Below the pieces are notes generated by a model. That model worked only from the letters and a program-made list of their open reading frames with translations. It was not told the DNA's origin and made no database searches. Below, one piece after another: positions 9,285 through 19,591 of a stretch of 64,000 bases of DNA. The DNA comes from Candidatus Saccharimonadales bacterium (lineage in GTDB: Bacteria; Patescibacteriota; Saccharimonadia; Saccharimonadales; 2-12-FULL-41-12): the NCBI GenBank assembly GCA_041600715.1, contig JBFIJM010000001.1, positions 320,387 to 384,386 of the forward strand, given 5' to 3'. Made by a program: the position numbers and the translations under genes. Every line of letters begins with the position of its first letter. Position 1 is the stretch's first letter.

Positions 9285-10718
9285 CTATGAGAGTTTTTCT
9301 TTAATAATATTCTTAACAAGTTCAGGGTTTGCTTTGCCACGACTCTCTTTCATGACTTGTCCCACCAAAAAGCCAATAGCCTTCAACTCTCCGTTTCTCA
9401 CATCTTCTGATGCTTGCAAGTTGTTCGCTAGCACATTACTTACTATTTCATCTAACTCACTCATGTCTGAAACTTGTAGTAAATCTTTTTCAGATGCGAT
9501 CTTATGAGGATCTACTCCTGTATTTAGGCTTTCTAGTAAAATGACTTTCGCACCTGTTGAGCTTACTTTATTATCGGCGACCATCTGACTGAGTGCAACT
9601 AAATGGTCAATATTAAAGACTAGTTTCTCCCAGGTATTATCGGTATTTCCGATCATGGCTTGTGTCTCACCGGCTAACCATTGGCCTATTCGCTTAACGT
9701 GGCCTAGGTTGTCCGTAGTAAATAGTTGTTTTATCACTTCACTTGCAGGCAGATTATCCAGTATTGTTTCGATTGATGACGGTTCTAATCCAACCTCAAT
9801 TAGCTGTTTTCTTAGATCCTTTGGCATTAAAGGCATATCACGCAGTGCGGAGTTAATGAAAGTTTCATCCAGAACAATCGGCGGGATGTCTGGGTCGGGC
9901 ATATATCGATAATCATGTGCATCTTCTTTGCTTCTCTGGGAAAAGGTTTTTTGCTTAGCATCATCCCAACCCCTGGTTTCTTGTACGACTCGCTCACCCT
10001 TCTCCAGTAAGTCTGATTGTCTTTTTATCTCATACTCCACTGCTTTCTCAACAGATCGAAAACTATTGAGGTTCTTTGTTTCTGTTCGTTCGCCTAACTT
10101 ACCAGGATTATCACTAACGCTCACATTTACGTCAAATCGCATATTCCCATAATATAAGTCAGCATCACTTACTCCACTATGCTTCATGGCCAAATATAGT
10201 TCTCTTGCATAAGCTTTCGCTTCTTCTGGACTATGAATTTCTGGCTCACTTACTATCTCTAGTAGAGGCGTTCCAGCACGGTTAAGATCAACTAAACTAT
10301 ACTCCTTGCCTGCTGGATGAGTGCTTTTACCGGCATCCTCCTCTAGATGTGCCCGCGTGATCCCAATTCGGCGCTCCTTGCCATTTATAGTAATGTCGAC
10401 ATAGCCTCCGAGAATGATTGGCTTGTACAGTTGAGAAATTTGGTAGCCCTTTGGTAGATCGGGATAAAAATAATGCTTACGATCAAACGAACTAATCTTT
10501 TGGGGTTTGGTATTAAGAGCAAAAGAAGCAATTATAGCCAATTCAACTGCCCGGCGATTAAGAACCGGTAGAGCCCCCGGCATACCTAGGCAAACGTGAC
10601 TAATCAAAGTGTTTGGCGGTGCTTCACGTGCGTCGTTGCTTGCAGAAGAAAATAACTTAGTCTTTGTTTTAAGTTGCACATGACATTCTATACCGATGGT
10701 AGGCGTGTAACTACTCAC
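9285..10718 (-). CDS. gatB: Asp/Glu-tRNA amidotransferase subunit B
   Basis: 477 aa. IGIECHVQL start motif and C-terminal YqeY-like tail (GFLVGQVMKESRGKANP). GTG start overlaps the upstream stop (GTGA). Confidence 0.97.
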   Translation of the reverse strand: MSSYTPTIGIECHVQLKTKTKLFSSASNDAREAPPNTLISHVCLGMPGALPVLNRRAVELAIIASFALNTKPQKISSFDRKHYFYPDLPKGYQISQLYKPIILGGYVDITINGKERRIGITRAHLEEDAGKSTHPAGKEYSLVDLNRAGTPLLEIVSEPEIHSPEEAKAYARELYLAMKHSGVSDADLYYGNMRFDVNVSVSDNPGKLGERTETKNLNSFRSVEKAVEYEIKRQSDLLEKGERVVQETRGWDDAKQKTFSQRSKEDAHDYRYMPDPDIPPIVLDETFINSALRDMPLMPKDLRKQLIEVGLEPSSIETILDNLPASEVIKQLFTTDNLGHVKRIGQWLAGETQAMIGNTDNTWEKLVFNIDHLVALSQMVADNKVSSTGAKVILLESLNTGVDPHKIASEKDLLQVSDMSELDEIVSNVLANNLQASEDVRNGELKAIGFLVGQVMKESRGKANPELVKNIIKEKLS

Positions 10719-11125
10719 TTAAAGGCTCCTAGATCTTTAAGACCCTGTCCAATCCCCATAAGTGCACGCTTAACATCATCTTTGTTCAATTTTAGCTCTG
10801 GATTTGCGTCAATTTTCAACCTTAATTTATGACCATACCAAACAGCATCATTATCTGTAAAGATTTTTTGTGATTCAACCATGCGTTCTCCCATAGTGGA
10901 GCCCTTAATCCGGCGTTTTTTAAGTGCAGATGCCAGTAAATCGTCTGCTTCTATAATTGCCTCACGCCACATTTCTTTATTTGCACATTTTGCCTGTAGA
11001 TTACGCCATTGTCGTTTATATTTATCCTTTTTTAATTTTTTAGGTAATCTTCTAGCAACAAATATCATAAATATCAGTATAAATAGACCAGTTACAGCTA
11101 TGAACGTAATCTTCTCTGGACTCAT
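10715..11125 (-). CDS. Hypothetical single-pass membrane protein inserted between gatA and gatB
   Basis: 136 aa. N-terminal TM (FIAVTGLFILIFMIFVA) then a basic helical domain. 4-nt overlaps with both the gatA stop (ATGA) and the gatB start (GTGA). No family recognised. Confidence 0.6.
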   Translation of the reverse strand: MSPEKITFIAVTGLFILIFMIFVARRLPKKLKKDKYKRQWRNLQAKCANKEMWREAIIEADDLLASALKKRRIKGSTMGERMVESQKIFTDNDAVWYGHKLRLKIDANPELKLNKDDVKRALMGIGQGLKDLGAFK

Positions 11126-12537
11126 AAAATATCCTCAATCTTTTTTGCAACACTTAACAAATGGCGATCTTGTTTCTTATCTGCAATAATCTGAAACCCT
11201 ACCGGCATTCCTTTTGTTATGCCTACAGGCACACTAACTGCTGGAACACCCGCTAGGTTAGAAGCGACTGTCATTATATCAACCAGATACATTTCGAGGG
11301 GATCCTTAGTGTGTTCGCCCAGCTTAAAGGCTGTGACTGGAGAAGTAGGGCCTACGAGCACGTCATATTTTTCAAAAGCTGAATTAAACTCATTGACTAT
11401 TTTTGTTCGGACTAACTGGGCTTTCTGATAATACGCATCGTAATAACCGCTACTTAACACATATGTACCAATCATAATTCTACGCTTAGCCTCATCCCCA
11501 AAACCACGAGATCGAGTAGTGGTATACACGTCCTGTAAAGTCGAACCGTCTTCTGATAATCCGTATCTTATGCCATCATATCTGCTCAAGTTGCTGCTAA
11601 CCTCTGCGGGGCAGATAATATAATAGCAAGCTAATGCTAGATCTAGTGTCGGCATGCTGATTTCTTCGATTGTTGCCCCGGTTGATCTAAGCTTATCAAT
11701 GGCATCCATAGTCACTTTTCTCACACCATCATCAACACCTTCTGCAAAATACTCTTTAACGACGCCTACTCTTAGATTGGTGGCTTTATCTAATTCAGTA
11801 TAGGATTTCTGGTCTCTTTCGATTGTAGTGCCATCCAGATCATCTTTCCCCGCCATGCACTCCAGAACTAAAGCTGCGTCTTCTACGCATCGTGTCATCG
11901 GGCCAATTACGTCCGTACTGCTTGCCATAGCAATCACACCACTACGTGACACGAGTCCATAGGTCGGTTTTAAGCCAAAGACACCGCAAAAGCTAGCAGG
12001 TAATCTAATTGAGCCCCCGGTATCAGTACCTAGAGCAAAAGGGGCTAAATCCAGCGCTACAGCAGCCGCCGAACCTCCCGAACTCCCACCTGGAACACGT
12101 GTTTTATCGTGTGGGTTTAGTGTGGTCATAAAATCACTATTCTCGGTACTGCTACCATGCGCAAATGCATCTAAGTTTGCCTTAGCTACGCAAATCGCAC
12201 CTTCAGATTCTAATTTATTAATAGCTGTCGATTGATAAGGGGACTTAAATCCCTTAAGAATGTTACTAGCAGCTGTAGTATCAGCCCCAAATACTAAGAA
12301 GTTATCCTTGGCGATAAACGGCACCCCCGCAAGTCGACCAACTTTCTCACCGGACGAAACACGTCTATCTATTTCAACTGCACGTGCCTTAGCTCTTTCA
12401 TCAAGAGTCCAAAGTATTGAACTATATTCTTTGGCTTCATTAATTTTATTCAATGATTTATTAACCAAAGACTGGGCTGTTGTTTCGCCAGATTTAACAT
12501 CATTAACCAGGGCTGATATTGATTTCCAGTCGGTCAT
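11122..12537 (-). CDS. gatA: Glu-tRNA(Gln) amidotransferase subunit A
   Basis: Amidase signature GGSSGGSAAAVA and GTDTGGSIRLPASFCG; 471 aa. Confidence 0.97.
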   Translation of the reverse strand: MTDWKSISALVNDVKSGETTAQSLVNKSLNKINEAKEYSSILWTLDERAKARAVEIDRRVSSGEKVGRLAGVPFIAKDNFLVFGADTTAASNILKGFKSPYQSTAINKLESEGAICVAKANLDAFAHGSSTENSDFMTTLNPHDKTRVPGGSSGGSAAAVALDLAPFALGTDTGGSIRLPASFCGVFGLKPTYGLVSRSGVIAMASSTDVIGPMTRCVEDAALVLECMAGKDDLDGTTIERDQKSYTELDKATNLRVGVVKEYFAEGVDDGVRKVTMDAIDKLRSTGATIEEISMPTLDLALACYYIICPAEVSSNLSRYDGIRYGLSEDGSTLQDVYTTTRSRGFGDEAKRRIMIGTYVLSSGYYDAYYQKAQLVRTKIVNEFNSAFEKYDVLVGPTSPVTAFKLGEHTKDPLEMYLVDIMTVASNLAGVPAVSVPVGITKGMPVGFQIIADKKQDRHLLSVAKKIEDIL

Positions 12538-12539
12538 AA

Positions 12540-12839
12540 TTAGTTGAGGACTCGTTTTACAAGTATCAAATTCTCTTCTGTGGCAGGTACGTTTTTAAGT
12601 AACTCACTTTGTGAAAGTTGCTGTGATACCTCATCATTACGCATTACATTAGCAAGTCCATTTACTTGTTCTGTAGGTTCTACCCCTTCGGAGTCAACTG
12701 AATGCAGAACTTCAACATAGTCAACTATTTTTTTAATCTCATTACGGTATCGCTCGACTTCTTCTTTACTCAAATCAAGCATGCTAAGTTTGGATAATTT
12801 CAATAATTCTTCGTCAGTTATATGTGCCATGGTATACAT
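12540..12839 (-). CDS. gatC: Asp/Glu-tRNA amidotransferase subunit C
   Basis: 99 aa, first gene of the gatCAB operon, with the typical LSKLSMLDLSKEEVE...VLHSVD pattern. Confidence 0.9.
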   Translation of the reverse strand: MYTMAHITDEELLKLSKLSMLDLSKEEVERYRNEIKKIVDYVEVLHSVDSEGVEPTEQVNGLANVMRNDEVSQQLSQSELLKNVPATEENLILVKRVLN

Positions 12840-12940
12840 ACAAGTATAGCCAACTTCGTTATATGATGCGACATAAAATAAACTTTACAACCGTAGCACA
12901 CTAACGTACGATTGGAACATAAGCAAATAGAGATATAAAA

Positions 12941-13876
12941 ATGTCTGAACAATTAGCCCACAATTATAGTCAACCCCGACATCAAGTCCATGTAACTAAC
13001 AACGATAATCACGAGGTCTCGAATTCACGAGGCCTCTTTTTATTACAGGAGACAGAACGAATCCGGGGCATTGCTCATATAGCCGGAGCGGCAATTGAAT
13101 GGACTTATGAACGACCCGAGGTTATTGAGGATGAAGTCCCACTTATCGGTTTACATGGTTTTTGTGGCGTAAAAAGTTCTTACAGAGAGTTCCGCTCACA
13201 GGTAGCTCAACGTGGCAAGCCAGCAATTACATACAGACCAGCCCGTAGCAGGGGCTACCTAGGAGACGTCGATATAAATAACGTCAGAGACCCAGGGAAG
13301 TTACTAAGTCAAGCAGCGTGGGCTGTAATGCGGGATATAAAGAAATCAACCGGCGATACAACCTTTGATGCGTCAGGACATTCTATGGGAGGATATACGC
13401 TCACTAGGCTAGCAAAGCATAAACCAGAACACCTAAGAACAGCTATTTATGTTGGCTCTGTTGGGCTAGACGACCATTCAGTACCGCAAATGCTTGGAAG
13501 AGCAGTTAGATTTATCCAAGATGAACTACGACCTTCTGGCCTTATCTCTGGTACAGAAAATCGGAGAATTGCCCTAGAGGGTCTTCACTACATAGTACGC
13601 AATCCACTGAGGACTGCTACAGAAGGATTGAACGCTGCAGGGTGTAGTCTTAAGCATGAAATTCCCCTCATCCGTGCTCAAGGTATAAAAACTGCAGCGC
13701 TTCAGTTTGAGCTAGATACTTTTTTCCCAACAGCAAGTGTAACAGAGGAGAGTTCACACCTATTTGATCATTATCAAGTTCTTGAAAACCCTACCGCTAA
13801 ACACATTGCACCTCAAATTCTCGCATCAGAAGTTGCTGAGGCGCATATCAACATCCTTAAAAAATTACATCCTTAA
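12941..13876 (+). CDS. Alpha/beta hydrolase
   Basis: Nucleophile elbow GHSMGG, oxyanion-region LHGFCG; 311 aa. Confidence 0.75.
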   Translation: MSEQLAHNYSQPRHQVHVTNNDNHEVSNSRGLFLLQETERIRGIAHIAGAAIEWTYERPEVIEDEVPLIGLHGFCGVKSSYREFRSQVAQRGKPAITYRPARSRGYLGDVDINNVRDPGKLLSQAAWAVMRDIKKSTGDTTFDASGHSMGGYTLTRLAKHKPEHLRTAIYVGSVGLDDHSVPQMLGRAVRFIQDELRPSGLISGTENRRIALEGLHYIVRNPLRTATEGLNAAGCSLKHEIPLIRAQGIKTAALQFELDTFFPTASVTEESSHLFDHYQVLENPTAKHIAPQILASEVAEAHINILKKLHP

Positions 13877-14647
13877 CTTATCGATGTCCATTTCGCCTTC
13901 GTCTTCCAGGCAATCTTCATATTCCATCATTCCACTATGATGATACCGGTCGTATTCTCGCGTAGGCTTTGTATTATCACGGATCTTGGTCATAGGACCC
14001 ATAATAAATAAAGACGAGATAATTAAGACCCCTAACACAAGGCTATAACGAAAAATATGCAGACTTTTGCTCGGTTTCTCCTTGCTCACATAACGGTAAT
14101 CAGTACTAAACGTCCATACTACACCCACAATGATGGCAGTACTGATAGCAAGCCCTAAAGTTTGACCCCAATCCATAACAGTATCTAAGCCAGATAAATA
14201 AGCCAAGAAGCTATTAACAAAATATACACCTGAAACAACAGCGCTTATACCAGTAGTGGCTAAGAAGATACCTAAGAATGCTTTTCGCCAACCTGAATTT
14301 TTTATTTTTGAATTAGTACGTTCTGCTTGGGCTGTACGCTGAGTCAAAATAACAAACAACGGCAATAATACAAATACTGCTGATACCATCAGAACTGCGG
14401 TGCTAAAGTCAGATAAGTCATTAAGGGTGTTCAGTTTTTTGTCGTCTATTATTGTTTTAATAATCTGCTGGGTCATAGACACAGTAATCAACACCAGGAA
14501 TCCTAGGGTCAAAAGTAGTAAGCCGTACTCGAATAAGTATGCCCTGCTTTCACCAAAACTATAGTTTTTAACACCAGAAAAAAGATCGGTTTTTTGTTTT
14601 TTTGAACTACGTGTTAATTTAGTTACTCTAGCAAATTTCTTGACCAT
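13865..14647 (-). CDS. Hypothetical polytopic membrane protein
   Basis: 260 aa. Basic N-terminus, about 5 TM helices, acidic C-terminus (EYEDCLEDEGEMDID). No family recognised. Confidence 0.6.
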   Translation of the reverse strand: MVKKFARVTKLTRSSKKQKTDLFSGVKNYSFGESRAYLFEYGLLLLTLGFLVLITVSMTQQIIKTIIDDKKLNTLNDLSDFSTAVLMVSAVFVLLPLFVILTQRTAQAERTNSKIKNSGWRKAFLGIFLATTGISAVVSGVYFVNSFLAYLSGLDTVMDWGQTLGLAISTAIIVGVVWTFSTDYRYVSKEKPSKSLHIFRYSLVLGVLIISSLFIMGPMTKIRDNTKPTREYDRYHHSGMMEYEDCLEDEGEMDIDKLRM

Positions 14648-14697
14648 GATTTACTCCATTTATAAGTGTCATTGTATCACCGGGTAATAAATTACTG

Positions 14698-16659
14698 CTA
14701 CATTTTGTTTTTTATCTCTTGTATAACATCTCTAAGTTCGGCTGCTTTTTCAAACTCCAGATTAGCTGACGCTAGATCCATCTGTCTCGATAGGTCTCTC
14801 ACAAGGTGCTTATACTCATCTTTTGGAACTTTTTTAAGATCAAGTTTTGACTTGATGCTATCGGGCATATCAGGACGCATTCCTTTCTCTATAGTCTTAG
14901 CAATACCTTCAGCAGTAATTCCGTGCTTATCGTTATAATCCTTTTGTATCTTACGGCGTCTTGTCGTCTCATCTAATGTACGTTTCATACTTTTAGTAAT
15001 CTTGTCTGCGTACATAATCACCCTTCCCTCAACATGGCGAGCTGATCTCCCAACAGTTTGGATTAAAGCTTGTTCACTACGAAGAAAACCTTCTTTATCG
15101 GCATCCAAAATTGCAACCAAACTAACTTCTGGCAGATCTAGGCCCTCACGGAGTAGATTTATCCCAACCACTACATCGAACACACCTAACCTTAAATCTC
15201 TAAGAATATCTGTTCTATTCAGTGTATCTACCTCACTATGCAGGTACGCAACTTTAATACCAAGTTCTTGAAGATACTCAGTTAAGTCTTCAGACATTCT
15301 TTTGGTTAAAGTCGTAACTAATACCCGCTGACCTTTAGCAACTGTTGCTCTAATCTCAGCGATTAAGTCATCGACCTGACCCTCAACAGGCTTTACTTCA
15401 ATTGGTGGGTCCAGAAGTCCAGTTGGTCTAATAATTTGCTGTACAGGTTGTCCGCTTCGAGATAACTCATACTCAGCAGGAGTTGCGCTCACATAAACTA
15501 CCTGGTTCACATGACGCTCAAATTCACTAAAAGTAAGTGGTCTGTTGTCTAGAGCGCTCGGTAAACGAAAACCGTGCTCAACTAAAACTTCCTTACGAGC
15601 CCTATCACCGTTATACATCCCCCTAATTTGAGGAATTGTCATATGACTTTCATCAATTAGAAGCAAGTAATCGTCTGGGAAGTAATCCATCAATGTAGCA
15701 GGCTGTTCGCCAGGTTCACGGTTCGTAAGATAGCGACTGTAATTTTCTATGCCTTTAACAAAACCAGTCTCCTCTAGCATTTCCATATCAAAATTAGTGC
15801 GTTGCTCTAATCTCTGAGCCTCTAGTAACATATTGTTTTTTTTGAAGTATGTAAGTCTATTGGACAGCTCCTCCCTTATAAATCCCAGGGCTACCTTGAG
15901 CTTGTCTTGTGGAGTAACATAATGACTACCAGGATATACGCTAAGTTCGTTTTGACTACGAGCTATTTCTCCTGTCAGTGGATCGACTTGCGTTATACGT
16001 TCAATGTCGTCCCCAAAAAATTCGACGCGGTAAGCCATCTCTTCGCTTGCTGGATAAATATCTACTACGTCTCCCCTAACCCTAAAGGTTCCTCGATGGA
16101 AGTCGACATCATTTCGTTGATATTGGATATCAGTCAGGTGCCGGAGTAGCTTGTCCCGTTTACGATTCTCGCCAACTTTAATCCGCACAGCCATGTTGTC
16201 ATAATCCTGTACGGAACCTATGCCGTAAATACAGCTAACACTGGCCACAATAATTACGTCGTTCCTGCTCAACAACGAAGAGGTAGCGGCATGACGTAGA
16301 CGATCTATTTCCTCGTTAATTTGAGAATCTTTTTCTATGTAAGTATCGCTACGAGCAATATACGCTTCGGGCTGATAGTAGTCGAAATAACTAACAAAGT
16401 AATGCACCGCATTCTCTGGAAAGAACTGTTTGAATTCACTATAGAGTTGAGCTGCAAGAGTCTTGTTGTGGCATAAAACCAAAGTCGTTTTCTGAACATT
16501 CTGGATAAGATTGGCCATAGTAAATGTTTTGCCAGAGCCAGTTACGCCTAATAGTGTTTGTTCTTTTGCGCCAGCTCTCAGACCTTTGGTCAGCGAAGCA
16601 ATAGCTCCTGGCTGATCGCCAGTAGGTTTATAGTCACTCTTTAAAACAAACTTAGTCAC
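14698..16659 (-). CDS. uvrB: Excinuclease ABC subunit B
   Basis: Walker [18 protein letters not shown] box, helicase C motifs, and a C-terminal UVR domain ([17 protein letters not shown]). Confidence 0.97.
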   Translation of the reverse strand: MTKFVLKSDYKPTGDQPGAIASLTKGLRAGAKEQTLLGVTGSGKTFTMANLIQNVQKTTLVLCHNKTLAAQLYSEFKQFFPENAVHYFVSYFDYYQPEAYIARSDTYIEKDSQINEEIDRLRHAATSSLLSRNDVIIVASVSCIYGIGSVQDYDNMAVRIKVGENRKRDKLLRHLTDIQYQRNDVDFHRGTFRVRGDVVDIYPASEEMAYRVEFFGDDIERITQVDPLTGEIARSQNELSVYPGSHYVTPQDKLKVALGFIREELSNRLTYFKKNNMLLEAQRLEQRTNFDMEMLEETGFVKGIENYSRYLTNREPGEQPATLMDYFPDDYLLLIDESHMTIPQIRGMYNGDRARKEVLVEHGFRLPSALDNRPLTFSEFERHVNQVVYVSATPAEYELSRSGQPVQQIIRPTGLLDPPIEVKPVEGQVDDLIAEIRATVAKGQRVLVTTLTKRMSEDLTEYLQELGIKVAYLHSEVDTLNRTDILRDLRLGVFDVVVGINLLREGLDLPEVSLVAILDADKEGFLRSEQALIQTVGRSARHVEGRVIMYADKITKSMKRTLDETTRRRKIQKDYNDKHGITAEGIAKTIEKGMRPDMPDSIKSKLDLKKVPKDEYKHLVRDLSRQMDLASANLEFEKAAELRDVIQEIKNKM

Positions 16660-16679
16660 CGATATAGTATATCAATATT

Positions 16680-17243
16680 TCAGGTGTAAATGCCTAGGTA
16701 GTCACCATTTCTTTCATTCAGTAACTCTGTGAGTTGCTTAATCAAATCAACTGGATCATCGCTAAAAACTACATTATCACTCTTTGTCTGTCCCGCTGCA
16801 TGAAGTATGTCCATGATTTCACCACTTATTCCTCCTGCTCCCTGCAAAAAGCCAATAGGCGTATTGGTTTCCATTGCAATTGTAAATTCGTGCAGTGTGC
16901 CAATTCTACCACCGATACTAACTACTGCGTCACTAGAGTTAATTAGTAACGCATCACGTCCAACATAATGCAGTCCAGTGTACAGAATAGTGTCGTATGC
17001 TTCTGTAGGAAGACGATATTTACGGATATGTTCAATCTTGCTCGCTGCAGGGCTTATCCCTACGCTCATACTACCTTTAGCTGATTTATATCCTTCTGCT
17101 GCATAATTCGGCAGACCTATAGTAGCCCCAGTCATTATGCTATGTCCTGCTTTAGCTATGGCCCTGCCTGCAGAAATAGCTAGTTCACGACCTTCCTCTA
17201 CGCTTCGTCCCTTGGCTGCCCCTGACACACAAATCTGATACAT
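16680..17243 (-). CDS. LOG/SLOG-superfamily protein (TIGR00725-like)
   Basis: 187 aa Rossmann-like protein. ICVSGAA N-terminus and LOG-type GGxGTxxE motif (GGRIGTLHEF). Confidence 0.7.
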   Translation of the reverse strand: MYQICVSGAAKGRSVEEGRELAISAGRAIAKAGHSIMTGATIGLPNYAAEGYKSAKGSMSVGISPAASKIEHIRKYRLPTEAYDTILYTGLHYVGRDALLINSSDAVVSIGGRIGTLHEFTIAMETNTPIGFLQGAGGISGEIMDILHAAGQTKSDNVVFSDDPVDLIKQLTELLNERNGDYLGIYT

Positions 17244-17282
17244 TATTTCTTTATTTCTTTCTTCTTATGGTTATAAATCATA

Positions 17283-18491
17283 CTATACTTCGCTTCCGTA
17301 TAAAAACTCATCCATTATTTCTTCAAAGCTTGGCTGGTGCTGGTAATACCGTGCATACAGTTCTTCTCTAAGTCTAGTCCTACCGTAATCATCTCGAGCA
17401 TCTTTATAAGAAATGCGGTTAGTTGCGTTGGTTACTACATCTACGACATGCATAGAAACATGGTTCCCATACTGATCCACATAAAATACATAGTCATTCC
17501 CGTCCCAGAATGACAATTGCGAATCGATCTGTCCTAGAACTGTTGTGGATGACATCGAATCGAAGTCATCTGACGTAATATGAGGCTGTTCGACCTTCAT
17601 TCTCACCATTTCATTTCCTACAAGATATCTATAGAAGCTATTCCAGCTTGCGTGATTGTGACGAGAAGATCTTGGTGGGCCTTTCTTAAGGGCTTCTAGC
17701 ATCTTTTGAGTAAAATCAGGACGAATACTGATCGACCGAAAGTAGGCGCTATGTTTTTTTAGCTCATTCACAGATTCGATAAGCGAAAGCATCACAGCAA
17801 TCACGTCCAAGCTAAATCGATGACTTGGAGTTAATACTATGATGGAACCAGTTTCGTAATTAGGAGTAATGAGTTGAGTTACAGGAAATATTGATTTTTT
17901 AAGCTTATTAATACGTTCATTGTCCACTTTTATAGGATCGATTGAGTGAGTATCGAAATCAGATGGGGTCAGTTTTTTCATCCTCTCATGAAGCTTGTTG
18001 CACCATTCATTAGATTCCAAGCATAAAGCATAAGAATACAGCTCATACGCACTATTTCTTTTGAGCATCGAATCCACTGATCGAAGCCCTAGTATTTTCA
18101 TTAAAGTTTTGGGTGGTTGTTTTTTTAGTAACGTTTTTATAACGCTGTTTTTTATTGCCCAGACCTCAGAATCTTTATAGTAGCTCGATATCCACTTTAT
18201 ACATTTTCTTAGCATGACATCAGCGCTATCGTTTTCGGTAACACCTAACTGTTCGCAAATTATCTTATTATCGATGCGAGCTTGTTCCTGAAGTCCAAAA
18301 TATACTTCTTTGGCAGTGGCCTGCGTATACTCTAGTTTAAGATTACGTAGAGCTGAGTTAGATCTTTTTTTAATATCACCAATAAGTCGCACATCATGCC
18401 CCGGCTTTCCAGTTTTAAGCTCTAGGTTTTGTATAAAATGATGCAAGTCTGGTTGTTTTATTTGCAGAATATCGGCGATAATTCGTGACAT
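17283..18491 (-). CDS. Hypothetical cytoplasmic protein, no recognisable family
   Basis: 402-aa uninterrupted ORF, co-directional and tightly spaced inside the sugar-phosphate cluster. No TM helix, signal peptide or catalytic motif recognised. Confidence 0.7.
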   Translation of the reverse strand: MSRIIADILQIKQPDLHHFIQNLELKTGKPGHDVRLIGDIKKRSNSALRNLKLEYTQATAKEVYFGLQEQARIDNKIICEQLGVTENDSADVMLRKCIKWISSYYKDSEVWAIKNSVIKTLLKKQPPKTLMKILGLRSVDSMLKRNSAYELYSYALCLESNEWCNKLHERMKKLTPSDFDTHSIDPIKVDNERINKLKKSIFPVTQLITPNYETGSIIVLTPSHRFSLDVIAVMLSLIESVNELKKHSAYFRSISIRPDFTQKMLEALKKGPPRSSRHNHASWNSFYRYLVGNEMVRMKVEQPHITSDDFDSMSSTTVLGQIDSQLSFWDGNDYVFYVDQYGNHVSMHVVDVVTNATNRISYKDARDDYGRTRLREELYARYYQHQPSFEEIMDEFLYGSEV

Positions 18492-18512
18492 GTAACCTAC
18501 TCTAACTAAAAC

Positions 18513-19511
18513 TTAAATTCGTTCTGGCTTGTACCATGCTGGTGCTTTTTGTAGTAAAGCCGCAAGTTCTCGTTCTGTAAGCAACCCTTCTTGCGCACCT
18601 ACATGCTGAACTACATTCATGGAACTAATTGGCGCCCACTGCAATGCACCATCGACAGTATTACCTTTGATTATTGCAGCAACGAATGTTGAAGTAAAAG
18701 CATCACCCGCCCCTGTTCGTTCCACTGGTGGCTTCGGATCAGGATAAATTGGCATCTTAAATCTATTTTCGCCATCTGATGCATAACTACCACTCGGACC
18801 ATCACTTATTAATACGATTCGTGGGCCTAAAGCATGCATCTTATTAAATAGATCGTGTATATCTTCATAATTTCCGCCTGTCACATATACGGCTTCTTCT
18901 CTATTTAAAGCAACAAGCTCACTTCTATCGTAGACATGTCTCATTTTTTCGATACCTGCCTCCATCTGAAAGGTACCTGGTTGGAAAGCAAGCTTAATTT
19001 CAGGATGTCTACTTAAAGATTCAATCAACTCATCGTGATAATCTAGTGCATTGGCAGAAATTGAACTGAAATAAATCCATTTCGGCATCTCATGTTTACG
19101 TAGATGTGGCCATTTATAATCATAGTCTTCGTGTTTAACGAGTATAGTGCGCTCTTCTTTATACCAAAGTACATAGTGGTAGTTGCTTCTTTTCCTAGGG
19201 TTTATACGTACAAATCGAGTATCAACTCCTTCGTGCTCCAGTGTTGTAATAATATCTCTTCCTGCTGAATCGCCTCCAACATTTGATACTAACCCACTAT
19301 TAAGGCCTAGTTTAGAAAAGTTTACTGCCGCATTAGCTGCATTGCCCACGGCATTAAGTACTTCAGTATGGTCAAAAGGGACTTTCATACCAAATGGCAT
19401 CGATAGAACAGAACCTGAATCTGTTTTTGTGACTTCAGCACGATCATCAAGTAACTTAATAAACGCATCGGTAACTACATCGCCGACACTCAGTACATCA
19501 ATTTGATTCAT
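18513..19511 (-). CDS. PfkB/ribokinase-family sugar or nucleoside kinase
   Basis: Family signature TGAGDAFTSTFVAAI near the C-terminus and an N-terminal VGDVVTD beta-strand motif; 332 aa. Confidence 0.85.
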   Translation of the reverse strand: MNQIDVLSVGDVVTDAFIKLLDDRAEVTKTDSGSVLSMPFGMKVPFDHTEVLNAVGNAANAAVNFSKLGLNSGLVSNVGGDSAGRDIITTLEHEGVDTRFVRINPRKRSNYHYVLWYKEERTILVKHEDYDYKWPHLRKHEMPKWIYFSSISANALDYHDELIESLSRHPEIKLAFQPGTFQMEAGIEKMRHVYDRSELVALNREEAVYVTGGNYEDIHDLFNKMHALGPRIVLISDGPSGSYASDGENRFKMPIYPDPKPPVERTGAGDAFTSTFVAAIIKGNTVDGALQWAPISSMNVVQHVGAQEGLLTERELAALLQKAPAWYKPERI

Positions 19512-19591
19512 CTACCCACCTTATTTGCTTATGCTTTCTTCCTACATTGTTACATACAACAGTGGTTATAATCAACTTTGAGGGTTACATT

